The translations under genes were made by a program, and so were the position numbers. Shown here one piece after another: positions 20,601 to 29,327 of a stretch of 64,000 nucleotides of DNA. Below the pieces are notes generated by a model that saw nothing but the letters and a program-made list of their open reading frames with translations, ran no database searches and was not told the origin of the DNA. The stretch lies in IMG/VR virus record IMGVR_UViG_3300042542_003356, positions 1,706 to 65,705 of that record, one strand, 5' to 3'. How positions within the stretch are numbered: position 1 is the first letter of the stretch; each line of letters starts with the position of its first letter. This DNA comes from a virus (Duplodnaviria; Caudoviricetes).

Positions 20601-22616
20601 TCTTTGAGAAGCGGATTCTGCAGTTAATAGTCCCTTAGCTTGTTCTTCATAAAATTTCTGTACTTCTACTATACCTAAACCTACATTTAGAGCTGTTTTA
20701 CCTGTATATTTATCTATTTCTTTATTTGTATCTAAGATATTAGTAATTACATTGGCAAATTTAAGAGCGCCTTTTTCTAATTCTCCTGATGTAAATAATT
20801 TAACATAATCAAGAGCTTGACCGCCTACAGCTTCTGGAGCAAGAGTTAATATTTTTACTAATTCTGCGCTAGGTTTAATAGCTGCTAAATCTTTTAGTAA
20901 TCGAATTCTAACTTCTAACTGTGCTTTACTAGATTCTTTAAAAGTAAAAAGACGCTCACCTTCTGCAGCGCTTAAAGCTCTTTGTAATCGAGCTTCTAGA
21001 GTTGTATTAGCTATCGGGAATCGTAGTATATCCTGTAATGTAGTAGCCACTTGTTCACCTGCAGCTTCAATATCTTCTTTTTTAAATCTAAATTTAAAAA
21101 CAGATAGGCTATCTTTAGATGCTTCTGTTACTAGACTACTTATGGCTTCTCGAGTAGCTTTAGCTTGTTCTTGCAATTTTACAAAGAAATTAGTTATAGA
21201 CCCTAACAAATCTACGCCAAATACCTGGCCTATTAACTGAGCTGCGCCTAAAGCAGCTAAGAAAAGATTAAAATATCCTAAAGCCGAGCTTATTCCTGTG
21301 GCTAATCTACTCAATCCTCCGCCTAATTTTTCAAAAGTAGAACCAGCTATAACAGAAGAATTAGATGCTTTCTTTTGAGCTTCTTCTAATTCCCTGATAG
21401 CTATTGTAGCAGCATTAGCTTTAGATATAGATTGATCTAAAGCTTTACCTTGTAATCCTTTTTCGAACTGTCTACTTTGTTGCCTTTCTTGTAGAGCTTT
21501 TAATTCGTCTATACGTGCCTGTATCTGTTGAGGCTGAACTGTTCCTTCTTTAATAGATCTAATAGTTGCTGCTTCTGCTTTAGTTAAACCGACTCCAATG
21601 CCTTTTAAAGCTTCTCCAGCTTTTTCTATATTAGTAGTAAATGCAGGTCCTGTTAATGCAGAAGAAACTCTAGCACCGGTTTCTAGAGCTCGGGTAGACA
21701 GGTCTGTAAAAAAAGCCTCTAACAAAGTTCTTCCCTTGCCAAGAGCAAGAGTTAAGATACCTAAGAAGATCAATACAGAGTTACCTAGGTCTTTTCCAAA
21801 AAAGTTAGCTATTGGAGCTAAAAAGTCTGTTAAAATACTTCCTAGTTTATTTCCAACATCTACTATTCGCGCTGCTAATCTATTAAGAGCTTCCGAACTA
21901 GTATCAGTAGAAAGACTAATCTCTGAGTATTTTCTAGAACCCTCATCTATAATAGCATTAACGAACGCCTGTCTACGTTCAAAGTTAGTTAAGCTAGAAG
22001 CAGCTTTTCCTGTTTTAGATGCGTAGGCTTCAATGGCTGGTTCAATTCTTGTAAAAATACCCAGTTCGTCTAATAGTTCAGGCTCTAATTTAGCAGCACC
22101 TCTAACTAATCTGTTATATGAATCAGTAAGATCTCTACCCAGAGTTCTACTAGCCTTAGTAGCAACTTCTGATAGTGAATTTATTTGTTTAGGATTAAAC
22201 CCTGCTGCTAAAGCTAAGTTAGCAGCAGCAGAAGCTTCTTTTAAAGAAAGCTGTCCTTTAGTTATATCTTGAATACTATTTAAAATTTGAGAACCAGACT
22301 GACCAAAACTAGCAGCTAACGCGTTTGTTCCGGAAATAATTTGTTGGAAATCTGCTGCTGACTTTAAAGCAGCAAAGGCCTGTTGTAAAGCAAAGGTAGT
22401 CGCAGCCGCTCCTGCATAGGCAGCAACTAATCCACCTAATCCAGAAGCCTGAGAGGAGAAGGCACGACCTGTATTGGTAGATTCATTACCTAAACGTGTT
22501 TGCTTTTTAGCGCTTTCTTCTCCTGCTTTTCCTACTTTATTAATATCAGAAACTACTTTGTCAGCGCCCTGAGATTGAAATAAAGCTCTTACTATAGTTG
22601 TAATAGTGCCGGCCAC
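17637..22616 (-). CDS. tape measure protein
   Basis: 1659 aa, coiled-coil rich. T5-like N-terminus (GAAKLEPELLDELGI) and C-terminal DRVPALLEPGEFVI. Confidence 0.93.
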   Translation of the reverse strand: MAGTITTIVRALFQSQGADKVVSDINKVGKAGEESAKKQTRLGNESTNTGRAFSSQASGLGGLVAAYAGAAATTFALQQAFAALKSAADFQQIISGTNALAASFGQSGSQILNSIQDITKGQLSLKEASAAANLALAAGFNPKQINSLSEVATKASRTLGRDLTDSYNRLVRGAAKLEPELLDELGIFTRIEPAIEAYASKTGKAASSLTNFERRQAFVNAIIDEGSRKYSEISLSTDTSSEALNRLAARIVDVGNKLGSILTDFLAPIANFFGKDLGNSVLIFLGILTLALGKGRTLLEAFFTDLSTRALETGARVSSALTGPAFTTNIEKAGEALKGIGVGLTKAEAATIRSIKEGTVQPQQIQARIDELKALQERQQSRQFEKGLQGKALDQSISKANAATIAIRELEEAQKKASNSSVIAGSTFEKLGGGLSRLATGISSALGYFNLFLAALGAAQLIGQVFGVDLLGSITNFFVKLQEQAKATREAISSLVTEASKDSLSVFKFRFKKEDIEAAGEQVATTLQDILRFPIANTTLEARLQRALSAAEGERLFTFKESSKAQLEVRIRLLKDLAAIKPSAELVKILTLAPEAVGGQALDYVKLFTSGELEKGALKFANVITNILDTNKEIDKYTGKTALNVGLGIVEVQKFYEEQAKGLLTAESASQRNIALTERIKQIDTEIIEARIRGAEETTLRVREAIGIEALRLNIQKDGLITKQREINLISEELAQRERIRKSIQTTFSSQIKFIENLPTPGLFNPDKTISRSQEETQRNQVLFLGQQASSLEKSLKLQIDSLNVATKTKKDVEDTLINKSKQVLIDGANQDNLEEIARIQAALTKATQAENIETSKLTDINVRLKEVLQAQLGIMYEAGKQAYQLAIQEEKRTLEYQKQLDSLKNQGEQLEIQNKINRAQAAAEANQRRGQSQIKLLESEINYLKEIENLVESVSKAQLADLEIRKNQVDRAQQLRDADRELAKARTERQFTGALAVPTLQKEILGRSQNLVLEEDLIRLDKQIADINYARELALIEDRKAIADQEFSVTKERLKVQEEEIQTQLATLEGRKVLQNQQQVIEDNIIKKREKLDRDKIQNEISVLALQSDLARARARGELDVAADAKLRRDFELDLISKQLFLLEQQKEVFKQFLNKYEELINKQLGTTASTTANDIFKNFETDLTKARATLTANRQLSEQIYNQENRNILLRAAGEIDVNNIRAAGARAELDNLIKTQEQEAQTRDQIRMAQELNRETEVKLLQDKLKGLETEAALAKKRYDTAIVSAATDEIKAAQVYASELQRIADQRNKVKQLFEDISRGIKENLSTAVLDFFKAINQGIPTIQAFREGMQKLAISVAETIQTAILKKFLIEPLQNLVGGAIGSLYTAITGDQLAKTGDQILQSVFTGNALRVTMVGAGGTTSGGATPDQASGPVTPGVIKPPTEEAQGFGDKLKELGVNFQTVGTVAATTFAATLAATRDWKKAFIYTVVSALGTALTQIATKQLFSGAAGAGGAGLFSGIGNLFSGLNATPTGVGNIAPGAIGTGTAIGGPVKHMAAGGYAGLRDRVPALLEPGEFVIRRPAAMAIGGQTLNQMNATGQTAPGNVMVNVNNQGTSQEVVGTPKVSVNGRDMIVDIVVRDIQNNGPIRKTLRGM

Positions 22617-22617
22617 T

Positions 22618-22965
22618 CTATCTCCTTGATTTTATTTCTCTTTGTTTCTCATAATATTTTGCATATTCAGTAATAATATATGTTAGCAGTTCAAATACCT
22701 CTCGTCTATGCTCTATTTCGTAGAAATCAAAGATGTCTCCTATACCAGAAAATTCTTTGCCTAACCAAAGTCCGTTCATACCTTCAATTTTATCTGGTAA
22801 AATACTAAATATTAAAAGAGCCTGCTGAGTTTCTAAAGATAAATCCCCTGGTTCAACAGGAATATCTTCCTCAACAGGCTCTTTGCCCATTTGTCGACAT
22901 ATTTCAAAATATTGTTCTTTAGTAATGTTACCCCCAGAAAACGTTTCCTGAAGGTAACTTTTTAG
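22618..22965 (-). CDS. tail assembly chaperone, -1 frameshift extension (GT-like)
   Basis: The -1 frame is open from the slippery site (LKSYLQETFSGGNITKEQYFEICRQMGKEP...) to the stop at 22618. Confidence 0.75.
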   Translation of the reverse strand, partial: LKSYLQETFSGGNITKEQYFEICRQMGKEPVEEDIPVEPGDLSLETQQALLIFSILPDKIEGMNGLWLGKEFSGIGDIFDFYEIEHRREVFELLTYIITEYAKYYEKQREIKSRR

Positions 22966-23396
22966 TTTTTTAGATCAGTTTCTCTTTTCTTAACAGAGAA
23001 TGCTTCTAGATCATTTACAGTATCAGTAATAAACTGATCGAAAATACTACTATTTTTTAGTAGTTCAAGAGCTTCTTCAGTAGAATACGGTAACTCATCT
23101 TCTGCGTTCATTGCTGATATATCTACCGGTAGCAACTTCGGAAGATGCTTAACTTTAAGACCCTTCCAGCCTTTAATTACGCGTTCAGCGTAAGCCTCAA
23201 CAAACTTGTCATTATCCACCTCCTCTTCTCTTTGGCGGGTGCGTTTGTTGAATTTGTACACTAGTGCCTGGTTTCTAATTTTCATTAAGTCTTCGCGAGG
23301 AACATAGCTAATAGTAACTACGAAACCTTCTGCTTCTGGAAATTCTACATCAATAGTCTTGTCTCCAGTGACAAGTAGTGATTTAATTTTAGACAT
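22962..23396 (-). CDS. tail assembly chaperone (G-like)
   Basis: Lies between the tail tube and tape measure genes; IKGWKGL motif; ends at the slippery A AAA AAC TAA. Confidence 0.85.
   Translation of the reverse strand: MSKIKSLLVTGDKTIDVEFPEAEGFVVTISYVPREDLMKIRNQALVYKFNKRTRQREEEVDNDKFVEAYAERVIKGWKGLKVKHLPKLLPVDISAMNAEDELPYSTEEALELLKNSSIFDQFITDTVNDLEAFSVKKRETDLKN
22965..22971 (-). promoter_or_regulatory. programmed -1 frameshift heptamer A AAA AAC
   Basis: X XXY YYZ heptamer directly before the stop codon, with an open -1 frame behind it. Confidence 0.75.
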
Positions 23397-23422
23397 TTTT
23401 CCTCATAATTTAAAAATAAAGT

Positions 23423-23525
23423 GGCGCTTACCGTTTGATCGACGCACGATCGGATGAGGGGATCCCGAAAGATTGTCGCGGTAAGCGCCTTTGGTATTAA
23501 GTTAACTAGCCCCTCAACTAGTTAA
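23423..23525 (-). ncRNA. putative structured cis-RNA (hairpin plus multibranch junction with pseudoknot)
   Basis: 11-bp stem GGCGCTTACCG/CGGTAAGCGCC enclosing two small hairpins. A separate 8-bp hairpin has a loop that is 7-nt complementary to the junction. Confidence 0.6.
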
Positions 23526-23528
23526 ATG

Positions 23529-24785
23529 TTACTTCTTAGCGTATAGGTCTACTTCACCACCGGTTGTAACGGTATTGATTGGTTCCTGTGCTTTGAAGTT
23601 TACTGATATTGAAATAATATCTTCAATTCCGTGAGTTGGAACGTCAAATACTACTGCAGGCATATTGAGTGCTAGGTATGGAGCAGTAACTCCTCCAACA
23701 ACTAGGTTTGCATTTGAGAATGCAGTAGGAGCTGGACGACGATCATTAGCTAGATCACGTAGGAATTGAGCAGAATCTCCATCTGCACCGCGTAAGTAAG
23801 CGGTGAATGATCCTGTTACTTCTCTAGAACCCGTGAAGCTACCAATAGGGGTATTAACCTTTGATAGTTCTTCTGGAGTGATGAAGGTGATATTATTGTT
23901 ATAGTTGAAGGTGAGAGCCGTGATTGGAAAAGTATAAGTTGTTGAAGAACCGCCTTCAGGCTGAAACTTAACAGTTAGGCTTGAAAGTCTATTCTTAATG
24001 AAGCTTGCAGTTGAGATTGTTCCTGCTACGTTCCACTGATCCCAAGGCTGATAAGAATGAGTTGCAGTGGTTACGTAAGCATTGCTGTTAGCGTCTATTG
24101 TGGTTCCATTATTTAAAATACCACCAAACACAGATACTGCATTATTTCTAGGAGTACCAGTTAGTTCTATTAGGTTAGTGCCAAATCCAGACCAAGTAGT
24201 AGTAGCAACTGCGTCAATAGCAGCGTCTACTGCAGCCTGATTAACTGCTGTATTAGATACCTGATATATAACGTTATCAAGTTTAAAATACATATTATAA
24301 GTAGCAGATGTACCAAAATTAGGTGTATGAGCAGCAGTATTACCGCTAGCATTTCTAGCAGCACTGGCAAACTTTCCGCCTGCCTGCCATACGCTAGTAA
24401 GCTTATTGGTAGTATAGGTAGAAGTATTTGACATAAGAGCTTGCCATAGATACCAATCTGAGGTAGGCATTGAATTACCTGATGTGTGAACCAAAGTACC
24501 GCCAGTAGTATTTTCAATACCAGTTGGACGGATATATGTTTGGAAATTCCACTCTACAGGGTTCATTGCTGTTTTAAAACGCTTACTAGAGCGATCTGGT
24601 GTAGTACCGCTCTCTAAGCTATTGATGTCCTGAGTAGCTGCAGCCTGTGACATTGCATAACCTGCAAGGATTTCAACCTTCCAAGTATTTGCCGGTGTCA
24701 TTGCTGATACTGCGTCTCCATCGTTAAGACTTACAGTAGAAAGGAACACTTCACTATTTCTTTGAAGGTTCAATGTTTGTGCCAT
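23529..24785 (-). CDS. major tail tube protein (T5 pb6-like)
   Basis: LQRNSEVFLST, EILAGY, F..AMNPVEWNFQTYIRP and NNNITFITPEEL..VNTPIGSFTGSREVTGS. Confidence 0.9.
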   Translation of the reverse strand: MAQTLNLQRNSEVFLSTVSLNDGDAVSAMTPANTWKVEILAGYAMSQAAATQDINSLESGTTPDRSSKRFKTAMNPVEWNFQTYIRPTGIENTTGGTLVHTSGNSMPTSDWYLWQALMSNTSTYTTNKLTSVWQAGGKFASAARNASGNTAAHTPNFGTSATYNMYFKLDNVIYQVSNTAVNQAAVDAAIDAVATTTWSGFGTNLIELTGTPRNNAVSVFGGILNNGTTIDANSNAYVTTATHSYQPWDQWNVAGTISTASFIKNRLSSLTVKFQPEGGSSTTYTFPITALTFNYNNNITFITPEELSKVNTPIGSFTGSREVTGSFTAYLRGADGDSAQFLRDLANDRRPAPTAFSNANLVVGGVTAPYLALNMPAVVFDVPTHGIEDIISISVNFKAQEPINTVTTGGEVDLYAKK

Positions 24786-24839
24786 AATTAACTCCTTAAT
24801 ATAACCCTATGAGTTAGGCGGTCCCTCTTATATTTTATA

Positions 24840-24868
24840 AGTATAACACCACTTACTATAGGGCGCAA
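24840..24868 (-). promoter_or_regulatory. sigma70-type promoter for the tail tube gene
   Basis: TTGCGC, 17 bp spacer, extended TGtTATACT, with an AT-rich upstream element. Confidence 0.65.
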
Positions 24869-24880
24869 ATAATAAAAATT

Positions 24881-25366
24881 TCAAATGTTAGAATCTTGTA
24901 TATATACTATTAACGCTCTAATCTCTACTACTCCATAAGGTTCCATTATGCCTTCATCTGTTGATAGAGACTGAACTCTACATTCAGTTACGTTTAGGTC
25001 TTTAAAAGTAGAACGATATTTCATAGAATCAATAATATATTGAATATCTTGAGCTAAATCAGCTGCTTTTTCTATAGGATTATCGTCGCTATAGACATAA
25101 CCTCTGACTTCTAAAATAAAACTAGAAAAAACTTGTGCATCTCCTATTCTAGCTCTAGTTTCGGAACTAATAGGATAACAACAAATACTAGGAAAGTCGT
25201 TTAAAGTTGATAAATATTCTTGTTTTGCAAAAACGTTTGTAAATACATTAGTACAAAAAGTATACGGACTACGAGGGCTGTTAGGTAGGGTCTCTGTAGT
25301 TCCGTCTATTAGTTTGAGCGCCGAAACTATTTCATTCATAATCTGTCTACGTTTGCTACTCATCAA
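24881..25366 (-). CDS. tail terminator/completion protein, paralog 2
   Basis: SKRRQI...NDFPSI...TDEGIMEPYG; upstream of the tail tube gene. Confidence 0.75.
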   Translation of the reverse strand: MMSSKRRQIMNEIVSALKLIDGTTETLPNSPRSPYTFCTNVFTNVFAKQEYLSTLNDFPSICCYPISSETRARIGDAQVFSSFILEVRGYVYSDDNPIEKAADLAQDIQYIIDSMKYRSTFKDLNVTECRVQSLSTDEGIMEPYGVVEIRALIVYIQDSNI

Positions 25367-25809
25367 TCATCCACATCATACTGAACCGTAATCATTATTT
25401 CTCCTAACCCATAGGGATCTAGTAAACCGGAGTCCGTGTCTATAGACGCAATTTCGGCAGATATGATCTTGTGACTTTGGTCATATTTAACACGCTCTAA
25501 AACATGAGTAATATCATCCACAAGATCTTCTAGTTTATACAGACTATGCTCTTCGTGTGCATAAATTCTAATCATAATAGTCATAAAAGCTTCTGTATTT
25601 GTTTTAGAATTATATCTATAGAGTTCTTCTCCTGCTTGAATATAAATAGCAGGAAAATCATTTATCTGATCTATATATTTAAGACCTTTAAACACGTTCT
25701 GTGATAAGTTGGTTTTAAACTGATATCCATATTGGCTCGTAGAGCCGTTTATAGTTTTCAGTTGTGTGATAAGATAGTTAACTATCTCTCTACGTCTACT
25801 TGTTGCCAT
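25363..25809 (-). CDS. tail terminator/completion protein, paralog 1
   Basis: SRRREI...NDFPAI...TDSGLLDPYG. Confidence 0.75.
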   Translation of the reverse strand: MATSRRREIVNYLITQLKTINGSTSQYGYQFKTNLSQNVFKGLKYIDQINDFPAIYIQAGEELYRYNSKTNTEAFMTIMIRIYAHEEHSLYKLEDLVDDITHVLERVKYDQSHKIISAEIASIDTDSGLLDPYGLGEIMITVQYDVDD

Positions 25810-27293
25810 TATTCTAAACTCTGATTAGCTTTTATTAGATTAAACCTCTTACCAAACAGACTTCTAGTTACAGAGTTGAGAGAAGAACCAATAAGATCTT
25901 TTGGATTTCTAGAAGTAGCTTCGTGAACCCAGTAGTTAGGATCATAATAATATTGCATATTCTGTGTTCTTATATTAGCCATTACCTGTAGGCTATTTAC
26001 AAATCTACCTGTGCGATAGGTTAATACTCTAGAAGACTTAGGAGGTCCTCCCACAGGACCGATAGGCATACGACGAAGCATCTCTCTTTTAGTTAGAGCA
26101 GTTATAGTGTCGTCGGTGATGAAATCACCCATAGTTTTAGTAGACCCTCTAGTCTCTCTTAAAATAGATACAATAGAATTAATTCTACTTTGAAAAGCTG
26201 CTTTATTTATACGAGGTATATAAGTGTTTGGGTATTTAACTGTAGAAATAGGTATAGAGCCTCCGGAAGGTACTAATATTTGAGTAGTTACATCAGGCGG
26301 AGCCAACAATAGGTTTTTGATATCTGAATCTTTAATTATTTTATCTACAGCTTGTCCTGATTTATTTTGAAGAGCTGTTTTTAGTCTTTCCAAAACTTTA
26401 TTTTCATATGCAGTTGTATATGCTATATATAAACTAGAACTCTGCACCTGTAAGTTGGTGTTCTGTACTTTAAAACTCTCTGGTAAATAGGCTGAATATG
26501 ACTTAATAGTTGCGCCAGATCTTATTACATACTGCATCCATAGATTCTGACCCTTAGCTCTGATTTGTTTAACTGCAACTGAATTTTTAAAATATAATAA
26601 TTTAGGATCAGTCCCAGAATATTCTCCAGTAATAGCGCTATGTAAATTATCTTTTGCCCTGTCAAAAAAATCTTTAATAGTACGAGCAAGACGTTTAGCT
26701 TCTACTTTACTAGTATCTATAGAAGTGACTATCGGTATAACTAAACTAGATCCTTCAGGTTTTACTCCTCCTAAAATACTTTTTATATTTATCTGTCTAC
26801 CTGTTAATCCTCTAGGAGTTTTTCTACTAATTTTTAAAGAATCGTCACTACCACCTAATAAGTCTATACCGAAAGAACCTTTAATTTCAATACCTCCTAT
26901 AGTTTGTAATAAAGATAATCTTCTATTAGGGTCTTTTTCTGTGTTAGCAGCATTAACAAAGGCTTCTCTTAAAGATTGAAAATCTACTCCTTCTTCTAAT
27001 TTTGCTAAATTCTGTCTTAATTCATCAAGAAAACTAAATATGGTGCTATCTTCTGTTTGATTATTTTCAAGAAGTTTATCTACATCAGCTTTAGTGATAG
27101 GTATGTCAGGTCTAGTATCTGAACTTGAAGTTCTAGGAAGTATAGTTCCAAATAACTGTCCTACATATGTTTCATAAGCTTTAGCATAAGAAGATTCCTG
27201 ATCTTTAGATAATTTATTATCTCTTTTATAATACTTAGCAGTGAGTTCTTGGAATCCTGTGTTTTCAATAAAAACTATAGGCTTATCAATCAT
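25809..27293 (-). CDS. tail completion protein with a long N-terminal extension
   Basis: C-terminal LTYRTGRFVNS...RNPKDLI resembles T5-like completion proteins; position in the neck region. Confidence 0.6.
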   Translation of the reverse strand: MIDKPIVFIENTGFQELTAKYYKRDNKLSKDQESSYAKAYETYVGQLFGTILPRTSSSDTRPDIPITKADVDKLLENNQTEDSTIFSFLDELRQNLAKLEEGVDFQSLREAFVNAANTEKDPNRRLSLLQTIGGIEIKGSFGIDLLGGSDDSLKISRKTPRGLTGRQINIKSILGGVKPEGSSLVIPIVTSIDTSKVEAKRLARTIKDFFDRAKDNLHSAITGEYSGTDPKLLYFKNSVAVKQIRAKGQNLWMQYVIRSGATIKSYSAYLPESFKVQNTNLQVQSSSLYIAYTTAYENKVLERLKTALQNKSGQAVDKIIKDSDIKNLLLAPPDVTTQILVPSGGSIPISTVKYPNTYIPRINKAAFQSRINSIVSILRETRGSTKTMGDFITDDTITALTKREMLRRMPIGPVGGPPKSSRVLTYRTGRFVNSLQVMANIRTQNMQYYYDPNYWVHEATSRNPKDLIGSSLNSVTRSLFGKRFNLIKANQSLE

Positions 27294-28570
27294 TACATCA
27301 CAATCCTATAAAGATCCAACACGCGACGAATATGCGGAGCAAACCCACCTGTAAATTCAAAAGATGAAATACTTTCCCCTTGTAGAGAAACCGCTCTATT
27401 TTCTAACCCTTTATGTAATTCTTTAATATAATCTAAGGTAACTAGTTTAACATCAGAAGGTATAGTATCATATCCACCGTTGTAAGTAATTTTTACACCA
27501 TGTGTATAGTTATAAAACTGTTTAACACCTAAGATACTGAGAGTCTCTCTACCTGTGTCTTGCCCAACGTGTTTAGTTATTTCTCCAGTAGCCCCATACC
27601 ATGTATACTGTTCTCTATTTAAAGATGAATCATAGGTAGTAATAGCATCTTTAGAACCGTTAAAATGCATTAATAACGTAGTGTTTGTATCTGTTGAATA
27701 TGTGTAGGTTTGTGGCACAAAATTAGCATTGGCTCTGTAACTATTTAGGGACATTCTTATCTCATCTAACTGACCTGAGAAATACTGTTTATCTGTTAAA
27801 TTTTGTCTTCCTATCTCTACGGGTGCGGATAGGTTAGGGAATACATTAGATACTGTTACTACAGGACTTACTAAAGATCCGCCTTTAAATATTCTGCAAT
27901 CGTTATTCTCATCTCTAGAAAACATAACATGGACATATTGATTAGCAGTATAGCCAGTAGTAGAACCATTAGCTACATAGGCAATTTGAGTTCCGCCTTG
28001 CTTAGCTTCAAAAACTAGTCCTTGTGTGTTGCTAAAACCAAACTTCCAATAGTTATTACTGTCTTCTACTTGTGAGAAAAGGGTCTGAGAGCTGACTAAA
28101 GTATTAAATCTAAACCAGCCTTCAACCGCAAAAGGTAAGCTATCAAACCAGAAATCATCGTCGTCTGTTAAAGATAAATATCCTCCAGAACCGTTTAACT
28201 GACCGGATGAAATTCCATATTTTACAAATCTAGTTTGAAGACTAAACCCTGTATTAGAAGTAACTGTTTTATTTACTCTAGAAGCGTCAACTATCGAACT
28301 GTCTATTGTAGGACCGTCTAAAACTTGATACTGTCTGCCATCATATTCTAAAACCTGATGAACATTATTTACGGGTATGTTTTTAACAAATAAGCTAGAG
28401 GTTCCGCCGTCAAATATCTCAGTATATGAATTAGAAGAGAAAACTCGCCCACAATAACTCTCTATCACAGAGCAGCCATAGGTAATTAGATTTGCTAATC
28501 TACCATCATGCTCTGTGCTGTTAATCTTAAGATAGTTTTTAACTTCTGCTAGAGTTACATAGTTTGCCAT
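27293..28570 (-). CDS. head-tail connector with an inserted LamG-like domain
   Basis: YVTLAEVKNYL...IESYCGR and ITYNGGYDTIPSDVK flank a FAVEGWF...GQLDEIRMS LamG domain. Confidence 0.8.
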   Translation of the reverse strand: MANYVTLAEVKNYLKINSTEHDGRLANLITYGCSVIESYCGRVFSSNSYTEIFDGGTSSLFVKNIPVNNVHQVLEYDGRQYQVLDGPTIDSSIVDASRVNKTVTSNTGFSLQTRFVKYGISSGQLNGSGGYLSLTDDDDFWFDSLPFAVEGWFRFNTLVSSQTLFSQVEDSNNYWKFGFSNTQGLVFEAKQGGTQIAYVANGSTTGYTANQYVHVMFSRDENNDCRIFKGGSLVSPVVTVSNVFPNLSAPVEIGRQNLTDKQYFSGQLDEIRMSLNSYRANANFVPQTYTYSTDTNTTLLMHFNGSKDAITTYDSSLNREQYTWYGATGEITKHVGQDTGRETLSILGVKQFYNYTHGVKITYNGGYDTIPSDVKLVTLDYIKELHKGLENRAVSLQGESISSFEFTGGFAPHIRRVLDLYRIVM

Positions 28571-28580
28571 ATTTTCCTCT

Positions 28581-28619
28581 AAAAAAAAGAGGTAGCCATT
28601 ATTTCTAACAGCTACCTCT
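28581..28619 (-). terminator. rho-independent terminator
   Basis: AGAGGTAGCTGTTA-GAAA-TAATGGCTACCTCT followed by a T-run on the minus strand. Confidence 0.8.
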
Positions 28620-28643
28620 CACTTGATTATCAGTAGACTAATC

Positions 28644-29264
28644 TTATGAAATTAGTGCTGATACTGTTTCAACCGTATTACCAGTATTTGATCCGCCGCT
28701 TCTGCTTGCAATTACTTGAACTGCCTTTAGAGTGGCGTTTGCTCCAGTGAAATATGCATTTGAAGAGGCATTTAGAACACTGAAACGAACGTTTGCAGAT
28801 ACTACTGCATTAGAACGGATTGCTCTGTCTACTGCACTAGCGTCGCAACGATCAACTACTAGAGCTACTAGAGCTTGGTTATCAATACCAAGGTCTCCAT
28901 TTGTGAAGGTTACGTTTTCAAACCTTACAGTTCCTGTAGCACCGTTGGTAATAAATACGCTACGGCCTGTGCTAGCAGCTACACCGCTATTTCCGCTTAG
29001 TGTTACATTACGGAAAATATTAGTGTTTGCAGATGTGCCACCTATAACTAGGTTTGCTAGTACTACGTCTGCTGGGTTGCCGATGCCTTCGAAAGTTAAA
29101 CTATCTAGATTGATAGTTCCCATTTCGTAAACACCAGGCATAAATCTAATTGTTGATCCGAAGTTTAAAGCGTGTGATGGAATTTCATCAAAAGTCTTAA
29201 ACTGAGCATTGTAGCTTAGATCGGCATCAACGATATGTAGGAATTTTTGTCCGGCTCCTGCCAT
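28644..29264 (-). CDS. beta-helix protein, possible capsid decoration
   Basis: TIRFMPGVY and FRNVTL/FENVTF repeats; strong SD; directly downstream of the capsid gene. Confidence 0.55.
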   Translation of the reverse strand: MAGAGQKFLHIVDADLSYNAQFKTFDEIPSHALNFGSTIRFMPGVYEMGTINLDSLTFEGIGNPADVVLANLVIGGTSANTNIFRNVTLSGNSGVAASTGRSVFITNGATGTVRFENVTFTNGDLGIDNQALVALVVDRCDASAVDRAIRSNAVVSANVRFSVLNASSNAYFTGANATLKAVQVIASRSGGSNTGNTVETVSALIS

Positions 29265-29279
29265 TTTGTTTCTCCTTAT

Positions 29280-29312
29280 GGGTAGTAGGTAGTATCTCTA
29301 CTACCTACTCCC
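29280..29312. other. intergenic hairpin after the capsid gene
   Basis: GGGTAGTAGGTAGTA-TCTC-TACTACCTACTCCC with no U-tract. Confidence 0.6.
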
Positions 29313-29327
29313 GTGCCTAAACTACTA

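Noticed and set aside
17842-22272. Plus-strand ORFs within the tape measure gene, and other short antisense ORFs in the track
   Set aside because: They lie entirely opposite well-supported genes and show no recognisable motifs.
23434-23478. Hammerhead-like words (GATGAG...GAAA...GTC) on the + strand
   Set aside because: The CUGA core is missing (CGGA), stem III cannot be formed properly, and it is on the non-transcribed strand.
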